This document shows, in pieces, positions 39,686 to 48,919 of a stretch of DNA of 64,000 nucleotides. Under the pieces are notes generated by a model. The model was not told the origin of the DNA. It saw nothing but the letters and a program-made list of their open reading frames with translations, and did not search any database. A program made the position numbers and the translations under genes. The stretch comes from an uncultured Actinomycetes bacterium (GTDB lineage: Bacteria; Actinomycetota; UBA4738; HRBIN12): NCBI GenBank assembly GCA_963704725.1, contig OY969934.1, positions 1,088,001 to 1,152,000 of the forward strand. Reading direction: 5' to 3'. Every line of letters starts with the position of its first letter. The first letter of the stretch is position 1.

Positions 39686-40756
39686 CTATCCGCCGTCGTC
39701 GCCCGGGCCGGCCATGAAGTGCTCCTCCGGCTGGGCCCGGAGCCGGTCGGCCGCCGCCTCCGGGGTGAGGTCCCGGGCCGCCTCGCCGAGCAGCTCGTAC
39801 CCCGCCATGAACTTGCGGGTCGTGGCCGAGCGCAGCAGCGGCGGGAAGACGTGCGCGTGGAGCTGCCAGTGCTCGTCGTCACCCTCGGGTCCCGGCGCGG
39901 CGTGCCACCCCATGGAGTAGGGGAACGATCGCCGGAACAGGTTGTCGTACCTGGCGAGGAGCCGCCGCAGGAGCTCGGCCAGCGAGCGCCGCTCGGCGTC
40001 GTCCAGGTTCGCGAACCGCGGGACGTGACGACGGGGGATCACCAGGGTCTCGAACGGCCACACGGCCCAGAAGGGCACGACCGCGAGCCAGTCGGGGCCG
40101 TCGACGACGACCCGTGCGCCGTCGCGGATCTCGAGCTCCGCGTACTCGATCAGCAGCGGCGTCCCCGACGCCTGGCGCGCCGCGCGCTGGAGCGCATCCT
40201 CGACGGCGGGCTCGTCGGGGAGGTGGGCGCTGGCCCACAGCTGTCCGTGGGGGTGCGGGTTCGACGCCCCCATGTCCTGCCCCCGGTTCTCGAACACCAG
40301 CACCGACCGGTAGCGGGGGCTGAGCTCGGCGACCTGGTCGACCCACAGGTCGATCACCGCTCGGATCTGCGGCACCGACATCCGCGCCAGCTCGAGGTCG
40401 TGACGCGGCGAGAAGCAGAGCACCCGGCAGGTGCCCGGCCCGGTCTCGGTCTGCAGCAGCGAGCCCCCGCCCAGGGACGCCGGGGCGGTGTTCGGGTCCA
40501 GGGCGGCGAAGTCGTTGGTGAAGGCGAAGGTGCCCTCGTAGTCGGGGTTGCGCGCCCCGCCGGCTCGCTCGTTCCCCGGACACAGGTAGCACCCCGGGTC
40601 GTACCGAGGGCGTTCGTCGACGCCGGGCGCTTCCTGCTTCCCGAGCCACGGGCGGGCCGTTCGATCCGGCGAGACGAGCACCCATCGCCCGTTGAGCGGG
40701 TTCCGCCGGCGATGGGGGGACTCGGGTAACGCCGCCAGGTGCGACTCGAGGGGCAT
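39686..40756 (-). CDS. galT: Galactose-1-phosphate uridylyltransferase
   Basis: HRRRNPL, CYLCPGN, FENRG.MGASNPHPHGQ, FPYSMGWH, KFMAGYE. Confidence 0.96.
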   Translation of the reverse strand: MPLESHLAALPESPHRRRNPLNGRWVLVSPDRTARPWLGKQEAPGVDERPRYDPGCYLCPGNERAGGARNPDYEGTFAFTNDFAALDPNTAPASLGGGSLLQTETGPGTCRVLCFSPRHDLELARMSVPQIRAVIDLWVDQVAELSPRYRSVLVFENRGQDMGASNPHPHGQLWASAHLPDEPAVEDALQRAARQASGTPLLIEYAELEIRDGARVVVDGPDWLAVVPFWAVWPFETLVIPRRHVPRFANLDDAERRSLAELLRRLLARYDNLFRRSFPYSMGWHAAPGPEGDDEHWQLHAHVFPPLLRSATTRKFMAGYELLGEAARDLTPEAAADRLRAQPEEHFMAGPGDDGG

Positions 40757-40783
40757 CTGCGCGTGACGATACGATGTGCCGAC

Positions 40784-41599
40784 GTGGCCATCATCACCGC
40801 CTCGATCCTCGACGCCGACTACTCGCGGCTCGAGCACGAGGTCACCCGCGTGTCGGCCGCCGGCGTCGACGCGTTCTCCCTCGACGTGATGGACGGGCAC
40901 TTCGCGCCGCGGATCACGTTCGGCGACTACCTGGTGGCCCGGATCCGGGACTGGACGGATCGCCCCATCGAGATCCACCTCATGGTGGAGCGACCGGAGA
41001 CGTGGGTCACGCGGATGTGCGACGCGGGCGCGGACATGATCGTGTTCCACCTCGAGGCGGCCCGGGATCCGCTCGACGTGGTCGAGCGGGTCCGCGCCGA
41101 GCGGCGATCGGTGGGCGTCGCCCTGACCCAGGAGACCGCGGTCGACGAGCTGAGCGACGATCTCCTGGCCGAGATCGACCTGGTGAACCTTCTCGCGGTG
41201 CCCGTCGGCTTCGGCGGCGGTACCTCCGCCGGGGACACCTTCGAGCGCATCGCCGCCCTGCGAGGCAGAGCCGAGACGGGCGGCCACGAGCTCGGGATCG
41301 AGGTCGACGGGGGCGTGAAGCCGGCGACGGCGCCCGACTACGTTCGCGCCGGGGCGGACATGCTGACCGTGGGCACGGGCATCTACCGCGCGCCCGACGT
41401 CGAGGAGGCGGTGCGGACGCTGCGCGAATCCACGCGGGGACCCGAGGACGAGCGGGCCCGGCGCCGTCTGCGGCACTTCCTGTCCGTGCCGAGCGCCACG
41501 CCGGTCGACGATGCCGCTCGTCGTGCCCGCCTCGAGGGCTCCCGGGCCCTCCTCGACGTCCCCCCGACCGTCTGGGCTCCGGCGGGCCCCGCCCGCTGA
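40784..41599 (+). CDS. Ribulose-phosphate 3-epimerase family protein with C-terminal extension
   Basis: ASILDAD, DVMDGHFAPRITFG, EIHLMV, PVGFGG, EVDGG; first metal His appears replaced (SLDVMD). Confidence 0.85.
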   Translation: MAIITASILDADYSRLEHEVTRVSAAGVDAFSLDVMDGHFAPRITFGDYLVARIRDWTDRPIEIHLMVERPETWVTRMCDAGADMIVFHLEAARDPLDVVERVRAERRSVGVALTQETAVDELSDDLLAEIDLVNLLAVPVGFGGGTSAGDTFERIAALRGRAETGGHELGIEVDGGVKPATAPDYVRAGADMLTVGTGIYRAPDVEEAVRTLRESTRGPEDERARRRLRHFLSVPSATPVDDAARRARLEGSRALLDVPPTVWAPAGPAR

Positions 41600-41688
41600 C
41601 CCCGGCCGAGGCCACCTCGACGGGGCCGGAGGCACGGGAGACCGGCGTTTCCCCTTAACCTTTCGCGACCCCCTCCGACGGTTCAACC

Positions 41689-42201
41689 ATGGGTCGACAT
41701 CCGCCCAGCGCAGGGCTCCGGGAGCTCATGGATCGGTTGTGGGTCGAGCGGTACCGGCTCGAGACGCTCGAGTTCAAGCTCGTCGCCGCCAAGCTCTTCC
41801 TGGCCTCCGACGTCCGGCGCTTCGTGGTCCCCGCGCTGAGCGAGGTGGAGCGCGCGGTCGAGCAGGTCCGCGCGGCCGAGCTCGGCCGGAGCCTGGCCGT
41901 GGCCAGGATCGCCGAGGACTGGCGCGTCCCGGCGGAGCGCGTGACGCTGGGCTACCTCGTGGACCACGCGCCCGAGCCGGCGGCGGAGATCTTCGAGGAG
42001 CACGGCGAGGCGTTCCTGGCTCTCACCACCGCGATCGAGGTTCTCGCCCTCGAGAACCGGCTGATGGCGCAGGACGCGCTCGATCACCTCCGGGAGACCA
42101 TCGACGATCTGGTGGGCGCCGACGTCCCTGCGGTGTGCGGGGCCTCCGGGCTCCGAGCCGACGATCCCCCGCGGCCCCGCAGCCTGGGCGGGATCGCCTG
42201 A
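41689..42201 (+). CDS. FlgN-like flagellar export chaperone
   Basis: 'LMDRLWVERYRLETLEFKL..L..RRF..A..EVE..VEQVRAAELGR..L..APEP..IFEEH..AFL.LT.I..EN' resembles actinobacterial FlgN. Confidence 0.7.
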   Translation: MGRHPPSAGLRELMDRLWVERYRLETLEFKLVAAKLFLASDVRRFVVPALSEVERAVEQVRAAELGRSLAVARIAEDWRVPAERVTLGYLVDHAPEPAAEIFEEHGEAFLALTTAIEVLALENRLMAQDALDHLRETIDDLVGADVPAVCGASGLRADDPPRPRSLGGIA

Positions 42202-42395
42202 TGCCGGACCTCGTCTCCCTCGAGGATCCGCGCCCGGATCCGCATCCGGCGCGCCTCCGTCTCGAGGCCGATGCCGACGACGCGGACCCGGTCGGCTCCG
42301 CGATGGAGCTGCGCCTCCAAGAGGTCGCGTATCGAGCGACGGTGGCGGCGATGAGCGACGTGTTGCAGCCGTCGCTCGCGGATTTCCTCCGCTAG
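42201..42395 (+). CDS. 64-aa mini-protein matching only the C-terminal helix of FlgL
   Basis: TGATG coupling to the flgN-like gene; ends 'DADPVGSAMELRLQEVAYRATVAAMSDVLQPSLADFLR', typical FlgL C-terminus. Confidence 0.65.
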   Translation: MPDLVSLEDPRPDPHPARLRLEADADDADPVGSAMELRLQEVAYRATVAAMSDVLQPSLADFLR

Positions 42396-42708
42396 TCACG
42401 AAGTGCGGGATTCCCCGCCGCGGCGCGCATTCGGCTTTCCCGACGGGCCCATCGGGATCCCGGCAACGCTCGGGACCTTTGGGGCGCAAGGCATCCCCGC
42501 ATCGGCCGACGTGGTCGACCGCAGGGGGTGCACGCCCAATCGCCGCACATCGCGGCGCTCGGCGACGCGCTCGGTGTCGCGGGGGGAGCGCCTCCCATCC
42601 CGCGTGCACATCGAGATTCGGCTCCCGTGAGCTATGCAGCGAGGTGCCTCCGCTCGCCGATGAACTGGGAGCACGACAACCCGACAACACCCGAGCAGGG
42701 GCGCGATC

Positions 42709-43602
42709 ATGGGACAGGGCTCAGCGAACGGAACGGCCACCGCCACCACCGACGATCGGCGCGAGCAGGACGCGCTCATCCTCGAGCACCTCGAGCTCGT
42801 GCAGCACGTCGTGAACCAGGTGTCGATGCGGTACCCCCGACACATCGATCGGCAGGAGCTGTGGAACGCCGGCGCGCTCGGATTGGTGCAGGCGGCCCGT
42901 CGCTACCGACCCGAGACGGGCGTCCCGTTCTTCCGCTACGCGGTCACGAGGATCCGAGGCGCGATCATCGACTCCACGCGCGACGGCGACTGGGTCGCCC
43001 GCGGCGTCCGCCGGGGGGTCCGCGAGATGCGCGACGTCGAGGATCGGTTCGAGGAGTCGCGCGGCGAGCGCCCGACGGACGGGGAGCTCGCGCCGGCGCT
43101 CAACATCACGATCGACGAGCTCCGGACCCGCCGGGCCGCGGCCGCCGCCTCGAGCCTGCTCCACCTGGAGCACCGCATCGACGACGAGGCCAGCCTGGGC
43201 GACTCGGTCGCCGAGGAGCACCACGACGCCCTGCCGGAGCCCGCGCTCGAGGAGCGCGAGATGCTCGGCACGGTGCGGACCGCGATCCGGTACCTGCCCC
43301 CGATCCAGCGGGCGGTCATCACGCGGTACTACCTCCAGGGCGAGATGCTCCAGGACATCGCGGCCACGATGGGCGTCAGCGAGGCCCGCGTCTCCCAGAT
43401 CGTCTCGGAGGCGGTCAACGCGCTTCGCTCGTACCTCGGGACGCAGTTCGAGGGTGTTCCCCGGGTCGCTCCGAACGCCCCCGGCAAGCGCCAGCGCGGT
43501 GCGTACGTCTCGCTCGTCAAGACCGTCAGCTGCTGGCAGGAGCGCATGCGCGCCGCCGACGCTCCCCTCCGCGAGCCCGTGCCCGCCCTGCGGGCGATGT
43601 AG
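42709..43602 (+). CDS. FliA/WhiG (sigma-28) family sigma factor
   Basis: LILEHLELV, GALGLVQAARRY.P..GVPF..YA..RIRGAIID..R..DW, region 3, MGVSEARVSQI. Confidence 0.9.
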   Translation: MGQGSANGTATATTDDRREQDALILEHLELVQHVVNQVSMRYPRHIDRQELWNAGALGLVQAARRYRPETGVPFFRYAVTRIRGAIIDSTRDGDWVARGVRRGVREMRDVEDRFEESRGERPTDGELAPALNITIDELRTRRAAAAASSLLHLEHRIDDEASLGDSVAEEHHDALPEPALEEREMLGTVRTAIRYLPPIQRAVITRYYLQGEMLQDIAATMGVSEARVSQIVSEAVNALRSYLGTQFEGVPRVAPNAPGKRQRGAYVSLVKTVSCWQERMRAADAPLREPVPALRAM

Positions 43603-43641
43603 CGGCCCCCAGCGTCGCCGCCTCCCGTACCATCCCTCCTC

Positions 43642-45171
43642 GTGCTCCTCGAGGAGATCGCTCGGACCTCGGCCGCGCTGGCCGGGACCTCGGGGCGGCT
43701 GGCGAAGATCGGCCTGATCGCCGGGTGCCTCGCCGCCCTTCGTCCCGACGAGGTGCCCGTCGCGGTGGCCTACCTCTCCGGCTCGCTCCCCCAGGGCACG
43801 ATCGGCGTCGGCTGGGCCTCGCTGCGCGAGCTCCCGCCCCCCGCCGCCGGTGCGACGCTCGAGCTTCTCGACGTGCACGCCTCGTTCGGCCGGATCGGCG
43901 CGGCCGCCGGCGCCGGCAGCCGGGGGGTGCGGCGGGGCGAGCTGGCGGATCTGTTCGGCCGGGCCACCGAGCCCGAGCGCCGGTTCCTCGTGGGCCTGCT
44001 CTCGGGGGAGCTGCGGCAGGGGGCCCTCGAGGGCGTCGTGGTGGAGGCCGTGGCGCGAGCGGCGTCCGTCCCCGCCGGTGAGGTCCGCCGGGCGATGATG
44101 CTCGCCGGCGACCTCGCGCCGGTCGCCGCGGCCGCGATGACCGACGGCGCCGCCGGGCTGGCCCGCTTCCACCTCACCGTGCTGCGGGCCGTGCAGCCGA
44201 TGCTCGCGCAGACGGCGGACGGCGTGGCCGAGGCGATGGGCCGCATCCAACCCGCGGCCCTGGAGTGGAAGCTCGACGGCGCGCGGATCCAGGTCCACCG
44301 GCTGGGAGACGAGGTACGCGTGTTCACGCGCACGCTGGCCGACGTCACCGATCGCGTCCCCGAGATCGTGGACGGCGTCCGGTCCCTGCCTGCCCGCGCG
44401 CTGATCCTCGACGGCGAGGCGATCGCGCTGCGCCCCGACGCGAGGCCGCATCGGTTCCAGGTCACGATGAGCCGATTCGGGAGCCGGACCGACGCCGCGC
44501 GCCAGCGCGCCGTGACGCCGCTGTCGTCCTTCTTCTTCGACTGCCTGCACGCCGACGGCGAGGACCTGCTGGATCGCCCGGCGCGGGAGCGGTTCTCGGC
44601 GCTCGATGATCGGGTGCCGGAGCGGATGCGCGTCCCCAGGGCCGTCGCGCTCGAGGTCCCCGAGGCCGAGCGCTTCCTGGACGACGCGCTGGCCCGAGGT
44701 CACGAGGGCGTGATGGTGAAGGCGCTCGACGCCCCGTACGAGGCGGGCCGGCGAGGCGCCGGCTGGCTGAAGGTCAAGCGCGCGAACACGCTGGACCTCG
44801 TGGTCCTGGCCGCCGAGTGGGGCCACGGGCGCCGGCAGGGATGGCTGAGCAACCTCCACCTCGGAGCGCGCGATCCGGGATCGGGCGGCTTCGTGATGCT
44901 CGGCAAGACCTTCAAGGGGATGACGGACGAGATGCTGGCCTGGCAGACCGAACGGCTCCTCTCGCTCGAGACCGGGCGCGACGCCTTCACGGTCTTCGTC
45001 CGTCCCGAGCTCGTCGTCGAGGTCGCCTTCGACGGCCTCCAGTCGAGCCGTCGGTACCCCGGCGGCCTGGCCCTGCGGTTCGCCAGGGTGAAGGGGTACC
45101 GGCCCGACAAGCGGCCGGAGGACGCCGACCTCATCGACACGGTTCGCGCCATCCACGACGGATCGTCGTAG
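43642..45171 (+). CDS. ATP-dependent DNA ligase (LigB-like)
   Basis: EWKLDGARIQVH (KxDG), LDGE, EGVMVK, YEAGRRGAGWLKVK, ALRFAR. Confidence 0.95.
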   Translation: MLLEEIARTSAALAGTSGRLAKIGLIAGCLAALRPDEVPVAVAYLSGSLPQGTIGVGWASLRELPPPAAGATLELLDVHASFGRIGAAAGAGSRGVRRGELADLFGRATEPERRFLVGLLSGELRQGALEGVVVEAVARAASVPAGEVRRAMMLAGDLAPVAAAAMTDGAAGLARFHLTVLRAVQPMLAQTADGVAEAMGRIQPAALEWKLDGARIQVHRLGDEVRVFTRTLADVTDRVPEIVDGVRSLPARALILDGEAIALRPDARPHRFQVTMSRFGSRTDAARQRAVTPLSSFFFDCLHADGEDLLDRPARERFSALDDRVPERMRVPRAVALEVPEAERFLDDALARGHEGVMVKALDAPYEAGRRGAGWLKVKRANTLDLVVLAAEWGHGRRQGWLSNLHLGARDPGSGGFVMLGKTFKGMTDEMLAWQTERLLSLETGRDAFTVFVRPELVVEVAFDGLQSSRRYPGGLALRFARVKGYRPDKRPEDADLIDTVRAIHDGSS

Positions 45172-45192
45172 CGGGCGCGGGCGCCGCCGGTC

Positions 45193-45606
45193 CTAGCCGC
45201 CGCCCTCGACCGAGTACCGCTTGGGGTTCATGACGTCGACGCGGAGGGACTTGCCGACGAACCGCTGTGACTCCGTCGAGTCCTCGATGACCGGCATCCG
45301 GCCCCCTCGCACCTTGCCGTCCCCGAACACGAGCGAACCCGCGGCCACCACGTAGCCGTCGCCGTCGATGTTCAGCCGAACCGCATACGCGACCCTCGAC
45401 TGCGAGGGAGCAACGAGGTAGAAGCCGTGGGCCATGCCCACGGGCTCTTCGTTGGAATCCCAGGACAAGACCGAGACCGACCTGTAGAGCACCTCCCGGA
45501 ACGCCACCCGCCGGATCAAGGCGTTGGCGTCGCCGTCCTCCTGGTCGAACTCCATCTCCTCGTCGCGGGCGATGAACCTGAGCCCGGTGCCTTCGTTCTG
45601 GATCAT
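45193..45606 (-). CDS. Hypothetical protein (137 aa, beta-rich)
   Basis: SD GGAGG before ATG 45606; balanced composition; divergent from the cyclase gene. Confidence 0.6.
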   Translation of the reverse strand: MIQNEGTGLRFIARDEEMEFDQEDGDANALIRRVAFREVLYRSVSVLSWDSNEEPVGMAHGFYLVAPSQSRVAYAVRLNIDGDGYVVAAGSLVFGDGKVRGGRMPVIEDSTESQRFVGKSLRVDVMNPKRYSVEGGG

Positions 45607-45704
45607 CCCTGCCTCCCTGGAGCCGCGGCGGCGCATCGGCCTCGAACCGTATCCGGCCCCGGCGCGCCGGGGCAAGGGGGGTCGCGCACCCTAGACTGCT
45701 GCGC

Positions 45705-48700
45705 ATGCCGGTGTGCCCGGCCTGCGGTGAACGCAACCTCGCCCGCGCGCAGTTCTGCATGTCCTGCGGGCAGCCCCTCCCGTCCCCCGGGACCGATGCT
45801 GCCGCCGAGGTCCGCAAGGTGGTCACGGTCCTGTTCAGCGACATCGCCGGCTCGACCCCGATCGGGGAGCGGCTGGATCCGGAGGCCGTCCGCCGGGTGA
45901 TGGGGCGCTTCTTCGAGGAGATGAAGAGGGTTCTCGAGCGCCACGGCGGAACGGTCGAGAAGTTCATCGGCGACGCCATCGTCGCGGTGTTCGGCATCCC
46001 GGTCCTGCACGAGGACGACGCCGTTCGTGCCGTTCGGGCCGCGCTCGAGATGCAGCGGACGCTCGCCACGTTGAACCAGGAGCTCGACCCACTGGGGGTC
46101 TCCATCGTGACGCGCACCGGCATCAACACGGGCGAGGTCGTGGCGGGAGACCCCGCATGGGGGCAACCGCTCGTGGTCGGCGATGCGGTGAACGTGGCCG
46201 CCCGGCTGGAGCAGTCCGCTCCACCGGACGGGGTCGTGCTCGGCGCCGATACGTACGCGCTCGTGCGCGAGTTCGTGCGCGTCGAGCCGAAGGAGGACGT
46301 CATCCTGAAGGGGAAGCGCGCTCCGGTCACGACCTATCGGCTGCTCGGACTCAACACGGGATCGACCGCTCAGCCCGCGAGGGCGGAGCCGGCGCTCGTC
46401 GGCCGGCAGGGCGAGCTGGACCTGCTGAGGGCGGCGTTCGAGCGGACCGTGAACGAGCGTGCCTGTCATCTGCTCACGGTGGTTGGCTCGGCGGGCGTCG
46501 GGAAGTCGCGGCTCGCGAAGGAGTTCGTCTCCTCGCTCGGCGGAGCCGTCACCGCCCTCGTCGGCCGGTGCCTGCCCTACGGGGAAGGGATCACGTTCTG
46601 GCCCGTCTCCGAGATCGTGAAGCAGGCGACGGGGATCGCCGACGAGGATCGACGGGACGAGGCCCGCGCGAAGATCGACGCGCTGCTCGAGGGGTCGGTC
46701 GATGCCGCACTCGTCGCGGACCGCGTCGCCGCGGCGGCGACACTTTCGGATTCGAGCGTCGGCATCCAGGAGACGTACTGGGCGATCCGTCGGCTTTGTG
46801 AGTGGCTGGGACGGGAGCGGCCGCTCGTCCTCGTGTTCGACGACATCCAGTGGGGGGAGGATGCGTTCCTCGGCCTGCTCGAGTACCTGGTCGGCTGGGG
46901 CCGAGACGTTCCGATCCTCCTGCTGTGTCTGGCGCGTCCCGATCTGCTCGACGTGCGGCCGGCCTGGACCGCCGCGAGCGCCCACACATCAGCGATCTCG
47001 CTGGCTCCGTTGACGGACGGTGAGACCGAGCAGCTGATCGTCAACCATCTGGGGCCCGAAGGCCTCGATCCCCCGATCATCGATCGCTTCATCGAGGCGG
47101 GCGGGGGCAACCCCTTGTTCGTCGAGGAGCTCCTCCGCATGCTGGAGGACGAAGGCGTCCTCCAGCGGGATGAAGGTCGGTTGAGCGTGATCGGCGACGT
47201 CGTGGAGATCGTGGTCCCCAGAACGATCCAGGCGCTCTTGAGCGCGCGACTCGACCGCCTCGACCCTGCCGAGCGCACCGTGATCCGGAGCGCGTCGGTG
47301 GTCGGCAAGTTCTTCTGGTGGGGGGCCGTCTCGGAGCTCGTGCCGGAGAGGCTCCGGCCGGAGGTCGGCGCGCACTTGCAGACCCTCGTGCGCAAGGAGC
47401 TGATCCGCCCGGATCGGTCCGCGTTCGCCGGGTTCGCCGGCGAGGACGCGTTCCGGTTCCATCACATCCTGATCCAGGAGGCCGCCTATCAGGGAACGCC
47501 GAAGGAGACTCGGGTCGATCTCCATCGGCGCTTCGCGGCTTGGCTCGAACGGGCGGCCGGAGAGCGGAGCGCCGAGTACGAGGAGGTGCTCGGTTATCAC
47601 CTGGAGCAGGCCGCGCGCAACCGGACCGAGCTCGGACTCGAGGATGAGGAGACCCGATCGTTGGCCGTTCGGGCCGCGGAGCTCCTGGCGTCGGCCGGGC
47701 GGCGAGCATTGTCGCGAGGGGACATGCACGCCGCGGCGAACCTCTTGGATCGAGCCGCCGGCCAGCTGCCGGCCGATGACCCCATCCGGCTCCGCCTGCT
47801 TCCCGATCTCGGTGAGGCCCTGATGGAGGCGGGGGACTTCGCTCGCGCGGACGGCGTCCTGACCGAGGGAGCGACCCTCGCGGCCTCGGCCGGTGACCCT
47901 GGGCTCGAGGCGCATGCACGGATCGTCCGCCTGCTCCTGCAGGAGTCGACGGACCCGAAGCACCGAGCCGAGGAGGCCATTCGCGTCCTCGGGGAGACGA
48001 TCCCGGTCCTGGAGGAGCTGGGTGACCATCTCGGGCTGGCCCGGGCATGGCGCCTCCTCGGCGACCTGCGGTGGACGAGAGGGCGCTACGCCGATGCCGG
48101 GGATGCCCTCGAGCGCGCGGTCGATCATGCGCGGTCGGCCGGAGCGGTCTGGCAGGAGGTCGAGGTCCTCGGACAGTTCGCCGGGGCGGGTCTGTACGGC
48201 CCGACGCCGGTTCCCGAGGTCGTGGAGCGCTGCCGCAGGATCCTGGAACGCTCCGGCCGCAACCCGAGCGTCGAGGCTCGGGTGTTCCGCACGCTCGGCT
48301 CCCTGCGGGCCATGGAGGGCAAGTTCGACGAGGCGCGAGAGCTCGTTCGTCGGGCGCGGGAGATCCTCGTCGATCTCGGGCTGAAGCTGCGGGCGTCCTT
48401 CGCCTCGGAGGCCGCGGCGTTCGTGGAGATGCTCGCCGGTGACCCCGTGGCGGCGGAGGGGGAGCTCCGTGCCGGTTACGAGGCGGCCGAGAGCCTGGGG
48501 GAACGGGGGTTCCAATCGACCGTCGCGGCGCTCCTGGCCCACGCGCTCTGGGAACAGCGCCGTCTCGCCGAAGCGGAGCGCTATTCGCGGATCGCCGAGG
48601 AGATCGGAGCCGAGGACGACCTGTCGACCCAGGTGTTGTGGCGGAGCGCCCGAGCCCGGGTGCTCGCGGCCGCGGGGGACGAGGTCGCGGCCGAGGAGCT

Positions 48701-48917
48701 GGCGCGTCGTGCCGTCGCGCTGGCCGAGGACACCGACGACGTCAACATGTGCGCCGACACGCTCGTCGCGCTCGGCGAGGTGCTCCGCGCCGGCGGTCGC
48801 GACGACGACGCGGCGACCGCGCTGGGTGACGCGCTCGCGCGCTACGAGGCCAAGGGCAACGTGGTGGGAGCCGACGACGTCCGGCGCCGGCTCGACGCCC
48901 TCGACGCGTCGGTCTGA
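45705..48917 (+). CDS. Zinc ribbon + class III adenylate/guanylate cyclase + AAA (STAND) ATPase + TPR-like repeats
   Basis: CPACG..CMSCG; VTVLFSDIAGST, KFIGDA, GDAVNVAARLE; GSAGVGKS, FDDIQW, GGNPLFVEE; helical C-terminus. Confidence 0.92.
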   Translation: MPVCPACGERNLARAQFCMSCGQPLPSPGTDAAAEVRKVVTVLFSDIAGSTPIGERLDPEAVRRVMGRFFEEMKRVLERHGGTVEKFIGDAIVAVFGIPVLHEDDAVRAVRAALEMQRTLATLNQELDPLGVSIVTRTGINTGEVVAGDPAWGQPLVVGDAVNVAARLEQSAPPDGVVLGADTYALVREFVRVEPKEDVILKGKRAPVTTYRLLGLNTGSTAQPARAEPALVGRQGELDLLRAAFERTVNERACHLLTVVGSAGVGKSRLAKEFVSSLGGAVTALVGRCLPYGEGITFWPVSEIVKQATGIADEDRRDEARAKIDALLEGSVDAALVADRVAAAATLSDSSVGIQETYWAIRRLCEWLGRERPLVLVFDDIQWGEDAFLGLLEYLVGWGRDVPILLLCLARPDLLDVRPAWTAASAHTSAISLAPLTDGETEQLIVNHLGPEGLDPPIIDRFIEAGGGNPLFVEELLRMLEDEGVLQRDEGRLSVIGDVVEIVVPRTIQALLSARLDRLDPAERTVIRSASVVGKFFWWGAVSELVPERLRPEVGAHLQTLVRKELIRPDRSAFAGFAGEDAFRFHHILIQEAAYQGTPKETRVDLHRRFAAWLERAAGERSAEYEEVLGYHLEQAARNRTELGLEDEETRSLAVRAAELLASAGRRALSRGDMHAAANLLDRAAGQLPADDPIRLRLLPDLGEALMEAGDFARADGVLTEGATLAASAGDPGLEAHARIVRLLLQESTDPKHRAEEAIRVLGETIPVLEELGDHLGLARAWRLLGDLRWTRGRYADAGDALERAVDHARSAGAVWQEVEVLGQFAGAGLYGPTPVPEVVERCRRILERSGRNPSVEARVFRTLGSLRAMEGKFDEARELVRRAREILVDLGLKLRASFASEAAAFVEMLAGDPVAAEGELRAGYEAAESLGERGFQSTVAALLAHALWEQRRLAEAERYSRIAEEIGAEDDLSTQVLWRSARARVLAAAGDEVAAEELARRAVALAEDTDDVNMCADTLVALGEVLRAGGRDDDAATALGDALARYEAKGNVVGADDVRRRLDALDASV

Positions 48918-48919
48918 CC

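Noticed and set aside
41689-42201. RsiG-type c-di-GMP anti-sigma next to the WhiG-like sigma
   Set aside because: No E-x3-S-x2-R-x3-Q-x3-D motif seen; the sequence fits FlgN better
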